A stretch of 64,000 nucleotides of DNA from Balanoglossus misakiensis. Taxonomy: Eukaryota; Animalia; Hemichordata. A program made the translations under genes and the position numbers. Each line of letters begins with the position of its first letter. Position 1 is the stretch's first letter. Under the pieces are notes generated by a model, which was not told where the DNA came from, did not search any database, and saw nothing but the letters and a program-made list of their open reading frames with translations. Of the stretch, positions 30,927-42,000 are shown in pieces. The stretch spans positions 3,694,760 to 3,758,759 of the forward strand of contig CM082576.2 in NCBI GenBank assembly GCA_040954595.2, in the 5' to 3' direction.

Positions 30927-32002
30927 TCATAGGTAACACTGCGGGGGTCTGGTGGACTGAGACACATCTGCATAACAGCTGTCGTACCTCGGTAAACTAC
31001 ACGCGTGGCCAGAATGGAAAGGAAGCGGTGCGAACGGCGTGGTCTGTGGAATTTGAGAGAAGCCGATAAAGTCACATGACCAATTCAGATCGTAACAGGG
31101 TTCGGTGTGATGGCAGAATGGTGGTGGTGGCGATGAAACAGGTGTCTGGAACATGCAAGGGTTGCCGGGAAAAACAAAAGACGTCGGTGGTGATGGACTC
31201 GGCGAAGATGGCGTGGAAGGAACATCGGAGAGTGCGGAATCGCTGTCTGTGGAGGATAAGCATGATGAACTATCGGTGTAGAGGGGATGATGATGATGAT
31301 CGGAACCGTCTTTCTTCTCGACATACCCTCGTCTGGCACGCCGCCGTTGCCTAGTACGGTTGTTACGAAACCAGCACTGTAAAAAGAAAAGACAAAACGG
31401 AATTCGTGAATCTACTTGACAGATGAGAATTTATGATAGACAAAAACAGGACGTTTGATCTCGAGATGCAATTTAACAATGCATGGGGAAGGTCGAAACC
31501 ATTCACACACACGTCGATGTTTCGTGAATATGGGTTTCGTGTTAACCCAGACAAGATAGCTCACTGCACTTCTTTTCTTACCTGGACTTGTCTAGCCGTC
31601 AAATCAAGTAACTCAGCGGTCCTCTTGACTTGGGATGGGGTTGGATACCTAGTGTACTTTTTATAAACCTCCAACAGTGCAGTCACTTGAACTTTAGTGA
31701 ACTGCCGAGCGCTCGTCGGTTTGACCGCCGCAGGCCTGGTGTATCGAAGCTTGTTTGTCATCTTCATTCCACCGTCTGTAAAGAAATAAGATACGATTAT
31801 TGCAAACCACTTGGCATTCCTATCGATTTGCTTCTAAGTCGGAAAATAGTGGAGTAAAGTGAACTCAATAATAATGCATGTTCTTACCTTTCTTCGGTGA
31901 TGTTGCCGTGAGGTCGATCAGTACGGGACTTGTTGATCTTCTCGCTGTTGACAAGTCTAATGGACTCGGCAAGTCAGACGATGCGGATCTCTCTGGGATC
32001 AT
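30927..32002 (-). CDS. Divergent PRD-like homeobox gene 3
   Basis: Exons 32002-31888 (MIPERSASSDLPSPLDLS..PVLIDLT..KK), 31775-31582 (FTKVQVTALLEVYKKYTRYPTPSQVKRTAELLDLTARQVQ), 31376-30927 (CWFRNNRTRQRR...). Confidence 0.9.
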
Positions 32003-35000
32003 TCTGGATAAGCGCGGTGGAATAGTGTTGAAGTAACGATCGACGTTTATCGAATGTGGTGATCAGTCTCTGGTGCCGCATTTTAAAGGACTAGGCCTCC
32101 GTTCACGTGATCGTCAACTTTTGTTCAAAACTCTTGTAGTTTTCACAAAGCGTTGCCGAGACAACGGCGTCATTTACACGTCACGATTGTCGGACTGTTG
32201 GCCTTTCGGTCCCTTGTCCAGAAACTTGAACAGCGGCAAGTTCACAAAAGACACCTGAAACATTCACAGTTCGTTGGTCTTTGTCATGGCGGAAACCACG
32301 CGACAGAGTCAAATCTTTTATAAAAGACAATTCTGATAGTTTTTATTGTTTCGATAACATGTTGAATTCTTTCATTCGGTGATCTTTCATCTTAAAACTC
32401 AGTTGCCTGTTTGTGTTCGTTTCCATGGTTAAAACGTTTTAACGTAATCTATGCTCTCATCCAAACCATCATCATGATCATCATCATCATCATCATCACC
32501 GCCGCCATCGCCATCACTCAACTGTCGTCGTCCTCGTGTTAATAGCCAATTTTTAATAAACAAATGTGATCTTCTTCCGAATGTCATGACGTTTGATTAA
32601 CTTTTGGAAACATTTCTTGCTGTTTTTGGCTTTAAAACATCATGGTCCCGACCCTGCTTTGTACAGTAATTGCTTTGGTCCCGTTGTTTCAACTCGTAAT
32701 ACATGTATACTAGTATATGGAGCACGCAGTTTTTTCACTGATTTAGTAGCACTGTTTAGTGCTTTTAATTATTCTGAATTGGCTGTGGCAAAACGATAGT
32801 TCCTATGGATTTTGGACACGCTAGTTATGATCACACAAAAGAAAGTCGTTTCATCTTCTACGGTGTTTGTTCATTGCCATTCTCACAGTCGAACGTTTGA
32901 TAAGCTTGTCATGTCAACTATACCCCGACAAACATGTTAAAGTGTCGTTTGATCACGTGTAACGCGCCGTCCTGAACGCGAACATGCCGCCATGAACTCC
33001 CGAAGATGTGATCAAAGGCGCAATGCGAACTTGTCAATCACGTCTCTTTTGTTCAGACCCATTACATGTATTTACCGAAAATACCGACACGCGACGACCA
33101 TCTGACCAGGACAATAGAATAATGGGGAATACCCCAACCACATAGCTTATTCCTGATCACCGTAATTACCACAATCAATGCTGGCTTGTGATAACTTTTT
33201 ATACGACCTTATAAGTTTGTCTAAACTTGCCATAGATACTTTGAATATTTGTTTCATCACAAGGACATATCCAAAAGTCGCGTCAACTGAGAACACGGGT
33301 AATAGAATAGCTAATACAACTCATTATCCCAATTATGGGAGTCAGTTCGACTGTTTATTTTCGGGCAATCTATTGGTTGTCCTTTTCCAAAACATGCCAA
33401 CATTCTGTCTAAACAGCAGGCGGTCAAAACGAAAGTCTGTTATCTTCATTGTTCATCTCCATTCTCACACGTACTCCTGGTCGCTTCGTACAATCGAAAG
33501 TGTTTGATCTGTTGTACTCTACCCTGATAAACATGTCAATGTCCCGTCTCCTTTGTAACAAGTCGTTCCGCGCACGCGACTACGAACTCACGGCAAGGCG
33601 ATCAAAGGCGGTGCGTCCAACAATAGAACCTTGTCAATCACGTCGCTTTTTGTCCCAGTACCGAAAACACCGACACGTGATGAGCTAGTGTTCCAAAACT
33701 ATCCACTGTCCCGTTTTTTAAATCTATCAAGTAAACGACGTTATGTTCAGGATGTAGGGCCCATTATTCCAATCCACTTCGAAATACAAATCTGCAAAAT
33801 TTGCCAAAATACAAATCTTCCAAAAGAACCTGTCTCACATCAAAGGACAGAGAGTATCAAAGGCGGTACCAAAGTATTACCGCAACAATGCGCACACGCC
33901 CCGTCAAACAAAAGACACAACAGAGAAGTGTAAGTAAAAAATAAGGTGCCAACAAGTTTCTTTGATCAAAACTTGAAGCGACACCAGTGGCATTTGGTGG
34001 AAAGGCGGCGGAGAATAATTAAGTTTGTCAAACAATTAGGAGACCGAACGAACCCCAGGTGCGAGTTATCAAGTAATTGTCTTGGGGCGGGATGGTACAG
34101 TATTACCTCTACATGTAATTTCAAAACACATCCACGTGAACTTGGTAAAAAAAATGGACAAAAAAACCCAGAATGTGTACAAGAGAAGATTATAAAGTAA
34201 AGTCGGATGAGTCCTATCCTATCATTATCTAATAATATAAACATAAGCCAAAAGATTCGAAAGTTTGAAAGTTCATGAATGCGTCGCACATTTGGATGAA
34301 AACAAGACTAGGAGAAAATGTTTGATGAAGTGTGGACCATGATAACGATGATGGAATATAAGTACTAGAGTTCCCACGTGGTCAGACATTGTGGAAACAG
34401 ACCTTGTAGAATTCTGGAATCGAAAAAACTAACAGTCTCGCATGTTGACAGTATTCTACCGGGGATCAAAACAATTGAATCTGAATTAGCTTTCGTTTTC
34501 TCTGTTTTCAACGATTCGGCGTTTGCCGCAATGATCACGTCATGACCAAGGCCAACAAACTGTGAATGTTTCAGGTGTTTCTGGACAAGGGACCGAAAGG
34601 CCAACAACCCGACAATCGTGACGTGTAAATGACGCCGTTGTCTCGGCAACGCTTTGTTAAAACACCAAGAGTTTTGAACAAAAGTTGACGATCACGTGAA
34701 CGGAGGCCCAGTCCTTTAAATTGCGGCACCAGAGACTGGTCACCACATTCGATAAACGTCGATCGTTACTTCAACACTATTCCACCGCGCTTATCCAGAA
34801 TGATCCCAGAGAGATCCGCATCGTCTGACTTGCCGAGTCCATTAGACTTGTCAACAGCGAGAAGGTCAACAAGTCCCGTACTCATCGACCTCACGGCAAC
34901 ATCGCCGAAGAAAGGTAAGCACATGCGTTATTATTGAGTCCACTTTGCTTTTTACTCTACTATTTTTCAACTTAGAAGCAAATCGATAGGAATGCCAAGT

Positions 35001-35652
35001 GGTTAGCAATAATCGTATCTTATTTCTTTACAGACGGTGGAATGAAGATGACAAACAAGCTTCGATACACCAGGCCTGCGGCGGTCAAACCGACGAACGC
35101 TCGGCAGTTCACTAAAGTTCAAGTGACTGTACTGTTGGAGGTTTATAAAAAGTACACCATGTATCCAACCCAATCCCAAGCCAAGAGGACCGCTGAGTTA
35201 CTTGATTTAACAGCTAGACAAGTCCAGGTAAGAAATGAAGTGCAGTGAGCTATCTTGTCTGGGTTAACACGAAACCCACATTCACGAAACATCGACGTGT
35301 GTGTGAATGGTTTCGACCTTCCCCATGCTTTGCGTTAAATCGCATCTGGAGATCAAAAGTCCTGTAAATTCTCATCTGTCAAGTAGATTCACGAATTTCA
35401 TTTTGTCTTTTCATTTTACAGTGCTGGTTTCGTAACTATCGCGCTAGGCAACGACGACGTGCCAGACGTGGGTACGGCGAGAAGAAAGACGGTTCCGGTC
35501 ATGCTCATCCCCTCTACACCGATAGTTCATCATGCTCATCCTCCACAGACAGCGATTCCGCACTCTCCGATGTTCCTTCCACGCCATCTTCGCCGAGTCC
35601 ATCACCACCGACGTCTTTTGTGTTTCCCGGCAACCCTTGCATGTTCCAGACA
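31143..35652. repeat. Large inverted repeat: arms ~31143-32288 and ~34541-35652, spacer ~2.25 kb
   Basis: Promoter, exons and both introns of homeobox 3 and 4 are near-identical reverse complements with small indels. Confidence 0.92.
32890..33970 (+). promoter_or_regulatory. Two diverged direct copies of an enhancer-like module plus extra TCF sites in the inverted-repeat spacer
   Basis: GATCAAAGG at 33010 and 33600, each followed by TTGTCAATCACG (33031, 33631); ATCAAAGG at 33839 and 33856; CTTTGATC at 33960. Confidence 0.6.
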
Positions 35653-35865
35653 TCATCTGTTTCGCCGCAACGACACTTCTATTCCACGGAGCCCTCCTAC
35701 GAGCTGAGTTGGTCGTGTGGCAATTTACCCGTCCCGCAGATCATCGAACGCGCACCGGTTCATCTCCATTCCGGCGTCTCGTGTAGCCTACCAAGGTACG
35801 GCAACGGCTTTGCAGATGCCTCACAGTTCCCCAGCCCGCCGCAGTATCAACGATGGCTCCCTTAG
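34800..35865 (+). CDS. Divergent PRD-like homeobox gene 4
   Basis: Exons 34800-34914 (PLDLS, VLIDLT), 35034-35227 (FTKVQVTVLLEVYKKYTMYPTQSQAKRTAELLDLTARQVQ), 35422-35865 (CWFRNYRARQRR...). Confidence 0.9.
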
Positions 35866-36732
35866 CACATCAGAAACACTACACACATGATAAGTTTGCA
35901 GTCGTCATCTGTAACTTTTGCTTTTGAGAATAATGTATATATTTAAAAATTGTATGTTTTTATGATTCATTGTAATATACTTCGCTGTATCTGTATTAAA
36001 CTTTTAAATGAATGAAAACTATTGTTGTCGCTAGTATTGCAAATATTATGTATGTATATGTGTGTGTGTGTTTATGTCCTCAATTTGTTGAACCTCGTCA
36101 TAATAAAACGAATGTTGCAGGCGGCCCGACCTCAAAACCTATTTTTATTGTTTTCGTTTGCGATCACAACATTTACAGAGATGATGACGAATCGTCCACA
36201 CTAACAAAACTACTGTACAATCAAAATGTGATAGATAAAAGTCGCTAACTGCTTGGGTGACTACTGAATACATGTAGTCGGCTTCTGGTCTTGAGCAGCT
36301 ACTGTGCACCATTCCCCGTGATCTCGCGAGATATCTCGTGATCGAACCGACTCGAGGAACGGAGAAATCTAAACCCAGCAGTGGACGTGGACGAAGCACA
36401 GCTTCTATACGGACTAGGGGGCACTCCACAAACCAATTACTGACATAGATGATGTGATGTGTTCCTGTTGGATATGGGCCAATTTGAAGACAATTCAGAA
36501 GTGTAGTCACGCTTGCTTCACATCAGAACCTTCAGGCGATGAAGTGGCGAGACTTCAGCTACTTTGCAAAGATAAAGAAAGCGTGTCCCTTCATTCCTTT
36601 ATGTCAAAATGCTTTTAACTTCTTGATTACAATATTCTCACTTCAAAGGGTAGAATTGGAATCCTAACGCTGCCAATAAATGTTTTTTTCCTTCTAATTG
36701 ATAAGCAATATATTTCCAAAACAGTGCGACTT

Positions 36733-37967
36733 CTAAGCTGTAGAAGTATTAGTAACACCGCTTCCATTTTGAATCATAATGACCACATAGGCGACGGTTG
36801 ACACCAGCGACGCCGCACTCAGGAAGCAAGCCGCAAACAACACCGCGTTGTTCCAGTACCGGAGAGTTTTCGTGTACACCAGGCGACCAAAGCAATTGCA
36901 CATCGCCACAGCCGTCTCTGGTCCATCGCCCTCGTCGATGTCGACGACCCCGATGAGATGAATCAAGAGCGCGAGGAGAATCTCCAAGAAGATGCAACCG
37001 GCCACCGCCGCAATTGTGAACGGCTCCAATCCTGTCACCACTTTCGCAGACGGGTACTGAATGACTATCAAGCTGATTAGCATACCCACGTGTGTGACGA
37101 GAAGACCGAAATCCAACACACCGATCCCGGCGGTCTTCACAGTCACGTAGCTGTTGAACTTCCCGTACTGTTTAAATGAAAGTAAAACTTAGGATTAGGA
37201 GGCTATAGAAGTTAGCTTCCCATGTTAGGACGACTATACGGAATTAGTTCCTCAGATTTTTTTCTCTCGAGAAAGCACAATAAACTCCACGAGTTTCACT
37301 GACCATTGAAATTGCATACTCATCATGCTGAATGCCAAATTATTGCGACAGAATAAAAGCGGGCAGAGAATACTGTTCTATGTTTATTCGCGTGGCAATG
37401 AAACGAGAAAAGACAAAGTTTCTTGTGTTAAGTTTGAAAGTAGAAACTGACAGTACCAAGAAAGTCTATCAAACAAGAAACCACATGGAAACAACTTCAA
37501 ACTTCAAAAAATGGGTAAATGGTGAGGTCAAGAAACATTGTTTTTCCCCCAGCTTAACTGTTGTTGCGAAAGATCCATTCGGGCAATACTTAGTAGTCAC
37601 TATAGTTATAAAAGCACTAATAAGTTTCGAAAGACTTTCCAACACGCACCTTCCTGGCTGGTTCACCTTCGCATTGCCATTCAATCTCAGGACTTAACTT
37701 TTCAATCGGAAAAGCCCCCGTGGAATCTGCAGCAACCATGTCGTTTGTTTGGCCAGACTTGAGAAGTATGGTACTGGGGTCAAGACAAAACAGTCTGCCC
37801 ATGACGGAGCGGGTGAGACGGTCCTTTGACAGCCATATTCTGCCCTTCATAGCGTATGGCCCTGACGCCATGGTCCCGTTGACGAACACGCCGCTCTGTC
37901 GGCCGTCGCCGCCGCTGAACGCCACTAAGGGATCCGACGGAGGTGCTTGTTCGTGTTGGTCCGCCAT
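36733..37967 (-). CDS. Ninjurin-like protein 1 with an additional N-terminal globular domain
   Basis: Exons 37967-37650 and 37167-36733. NSYVTVKTAGIGVLDFGLL aligns to the ninjurin motif NHYASKKSAAESMLDIALL; it is followed by hydrophobic segments, with WNN before the last helix. Confidence 0.8.
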
Positions 37968-38122
37968 TTCCACTGCACTGGAGTTCTCAGTCTGAAGTCA
38001 CTGGATGGATGAGCTCTAATGACAGCTTTGAGGAGTGCACACCACTTTTCCAACGAAGGCAATTGTGTGACGCGCGTGATTTATCGGAGATGTTTCTAAA
38101 TACCCGGAAGCGCAGACCCCGC

Positions 38123-38136
38123 GTTGCTATGGGTAC
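38123..38136. promoter_or_regulatory. RFX X-box-like motif upstream of ninjurin-like 1
   Basis: GTTGCTATGGGTAC followed by GTAAAC; paralogous motif at 49014-49027. Confidence 0.55.
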
Positions 38137-39053
38137 GTAAACGTAAACACAAGCATAAATCCCGTCCACGCAAAAAGTCAGTCATCCGTGGAGAATGTAA
38201 ATGCACAGTTTTGTCAAACGCATGAAAATGCAAGAGGTATCTTCGAGCTTTTTAGTTTACAATACGCAGCCTACCCGCTGAAAAGGCTCTGGTGAATTCG
38301 AAGGAAGATTGAAAACAAACGGGGATGGAGAGCGCCCTATGTGGTGACGACGCCGAAGCATATTGCACTCACCTCGATTCATCAATAATTACACTGACTT
38401 GGAACGACCCCAGCGATGTCTGCATCCGAGTGTGACTTTGAGAACAAAGGCTGCGTAAACATGTACAAATGTAGTATGTCTCAGGTAGCATGGGGAATAT
38501 TCAAATGATACAGTGCCGTGAATACTATATCAATTCATACAGCTAGCTAAGCTGGGCTTCAAGTACACCTTGTACTTTTAGGATACAAATCGAAGCTCTA
38601 AATGAAGGGAAAATAAATTCTTGTAATACGCAAGTGAAAACTTCCCTAGTTTTAGCAAAATACAAAAGGTGCTTCGCAAAACTTTGGAAACAATACATCG
38701 ACAATCCGCATATGACTACTTTCACGAACAGGTTCGGCCCAAGGTGGCGCTGTGCACGTATATCTATTCCGCCACCATGATGATTACAATGTACTGGTCA
38801 ACCATCTGTTGGGCAGAACAGGATAGTAGTATGGTATACCTGGTATGGTCTATTCATTGAAGAATGTTGACATGTTTAAGTAACAGGTGGCATTTCGGTG
38901 ACGTCATGTTTGTCATGATTTAGACAGCGAAAATAGGTCCATACCCCAAATGTACTATAATAGTGTAAATTGATCCTCACTTATCTGTCGAAAATGTGCC
39001 ATCTACATACATGAAGCAAAATTGCACGCATCTGTACACGCAGCACATTACGT

Positions 39054-42000
39054 TCAACTGTGTGTGGTGTCGGTGAAATCAAAACTCTCGGTGTCCAGCT
39101 GTTCGACCTCTTCAGCCAGACTCGTCTCTCCGATAACTTTGAGGGTGTTGACCATCTTGTCAACTTGCTGCTTGACAAAAGCGGGTGTTTGCCTCTGATC
39201 CTTCCATTTTTGCAACAGCTGCAAGAGCTTGTCTTTCTGCGGGACGCTTTCTTTTTGTCGATGGCCCTTACTTTCTCGCGGGGGATTCCCAGGTGCGGGG
39301 CCAGCTCCTTCCATCTTGCCGGGTCAAGTTTGGAGTTGATTATCTCCAGCGCTGAGGTCATAGCCCTTCCTGCAAGACATAACGAGAACAGAACTCGGTT
39401 GGACGGTTGTGTTGGACGTAGTATTGAAACGACCCACACGCGACACGTGCAATCCTACGCCTTCACATGCATACAAAATCAAAGATGGCTTCCTTTCCAA
39501 AGTGAGGCTGTCCCCTCCCAATGCTTCTGGGTGAGGGCGCAACACGTATAAGTTCAACCTGTCTCTACTTTCCAGATCCATTCTTTTGTCACAAAAGTTG
39601 CTGTTTGCTAAAATAATCATGTAACAATAAAATCGCACGTCGTTAAACAGAAAAGAGTACTGAAGTACTGTTATATATAAATGAAACATTTCTGCTGACA
39701 TTTTAATTCTCCGAAGAGAAAAAAAACTTTCACCAATGAAATGTCATACTCACGTGCAACAACATGAGCGGCTATCTCTGTAGAGAAGGAAAAGTGAAAT
39801 TAGCAATTAATTTATTAGCCCTTTCCTTGAAATGGTTCTTGATAGAAATCTTACGTAAACATTAGCTTTAAATCACAACAATTCATGTGATGACAAATTA
39901 TCGTACATGTATTTGTTACATGTAATGTTACACTTTGTTATCGTGTTCACAGTGGCCTGTGAACACATTACCTATGCATAAAGCAGTAAACCAGACGCAC
40001 CTTCTTTTCTGTGCTTGCACTCTTCGAAAATCGCCTTCATGTCGTCTGAATCCCTGGGAAATGGTTTCCAGTTATGTTGCACAGCATTTAACTGATGTCT
40101 GCACCCGACATCCTCCGGGCATATCACCTTGAAGGCGATGGAGTAGGTCAGGGAAGGCCAAGTACTTCGCATGCAGTCCCTGAGTTTTTGGACGAACTGT
40201 TCGTTGAGGACGCGATAGGTGCTCTCCATGTCAACCGACATGGTGGTCTTGATCGACAGTGACTTGGACGCCCCCTTGTGTTCAGAGACCACCATACTGA
40301 CACCGCTGAACGAGGCAAGGAAGCCATCTTTCCATTCCTCTCGCACGTTTGCGTGCACGGTGCAGACGAGCACACTCATGAGCCTGGACGGACAGAACCA
40401 CGGGAATTCCACCCGGGCTTCGAACAGCGGTACGAATTTCACGGGGACGCTCATCCCCTTCTGGAGGTATCCTGGGAACCGCAGCACCCTCGGTGACCGC
40501 TCGTCGGCGTTTATGCCTTCAGAGTGGAGAAAAGAACCTTCGTTTCCCTCGGGATCCACTTCATAGCAGATCTTGAACCCGGTCAGCACATCAAACACCA
40601 ACGACATCACATCAGGGTCCAGTTCTAAATGGCCCAGGACGCACTCTCGGATCACGTCTTCCGACAAGACCGCCTTGCTCTCAAACGTCTCATTCACAAT
40701 GGCGAACTTTGTACCTCGATAGCCCGGCGGAAAGCTGTTCGCGTCCAGGAAGTCTGAATGGCCCTTCTCAAAGATCGCCTGGAGGATATCTTTCAGGAAA
40801 TCCAAGTTATGGAAGACATAGTCTCTAAGGCTTGGTATCCAGTCGTAGTATTGCACGACACCGATTCGTTTCATGTATGCAATTACACCTTGAATGTCTC
40901 CCTCCTGTAGGCCAACACTCCTACCAATACCCTCAAATTCTGAAAGAGTGAGCCTTACTCTCTTGAGTTGATCATCATCATCCCTTGTTTCTAGCAGCTC
41001 TCTCTCAAGCTCCAACATCTTTTGTATGTTGGGCGTGCTCCCGTTCCTATCCAGAGATGTGGTGCTGGCGGGAAGGAGGCGTTTGTCCTTGTCCAGTAAC
41101 AGCTGACAAATCTTGTCCTTGCAAACCTTCATACCGTTCTTGGCCTTCCCAACAACAATCACTTCAGTTGGCGACGAAAATAGAAGCAGGTCTTTATGCT
41201 GACGCTGCTTCAGTTCACTGAATAACTTCTGTAGCTCTTTACTTATGTTGCTGCAGGTCTCCCTTACCTTCTCTGCGTCTAGTTTATGAGCATGCGTTCC
41301 GACTATGGTTACTATTATTTCCCCTCCAATGGAAACCACGACATCCTTGATCCACATTGCAATGCACGCCTGGAAACCTTCCGACGGATACCGCTGCAAG
41401 TTGACTGTGATGATGTATAGAGAATTTGCTGTGTAAAACAGTGGGTACACAGATTGCACACTGCCGCTTCCGCCGCAGTATGTTAGTTCCGCGTCGATGT
41501 TGTCCGTAACCGGCCATATCGCTCGGTCCATGAAAGCAACCGTGCCGCTTGATGTGTCAGATTCCCCGCCAGTGTTCATGGCTGCCTTAACACCATTTCC
41601 TGGATTTCTACCATTTGTGGTCACTGGTATGTCTTGCTGTGTGTTGCCAGATGCTGGTTCTTCATCTTTCCTTGAGGTTCCCTCACCACCGCTAACGACA
41701 ATCCTGTCTGAACTGGTAGTCACTTGATCAGGCTGTCCCTTTTCTCCTTGCCCTCCGGGATCTTCATTGTTATTGACCTCTGACCCACGCCCATCTTCAC
41801 TTCCAAGCCTCCCTGATTGCCTGTCACGCGATTTTTTGAGCCTTTTCATAAGCGTGGCCTTGCCAGCGCCTTTGGAACCAAGAAGAAATATTTTGCCCCT
41901 TGCAATGCTGCTAAGATGAGGCGATTCTCTCAACTTCCGCCTCATCTCTCCCAACTTTGTCGTCTTGACTGCATCAGGGACATCTCTCAGCAGGTTCCCG

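Noticed and set aside
36260-36480. Third copy of the promoter-like repeat
   Set aside because: Only a TATAGAAG..TGCTTC resemblance; no extended alignment.
39245-39260. Programmed -1 ribosomal frameshift in the Roco1 DD
   Set aside because: C AAA AAG is not a canonical X XXY YYZ heptamer, and the paralog is in frame without such a site.
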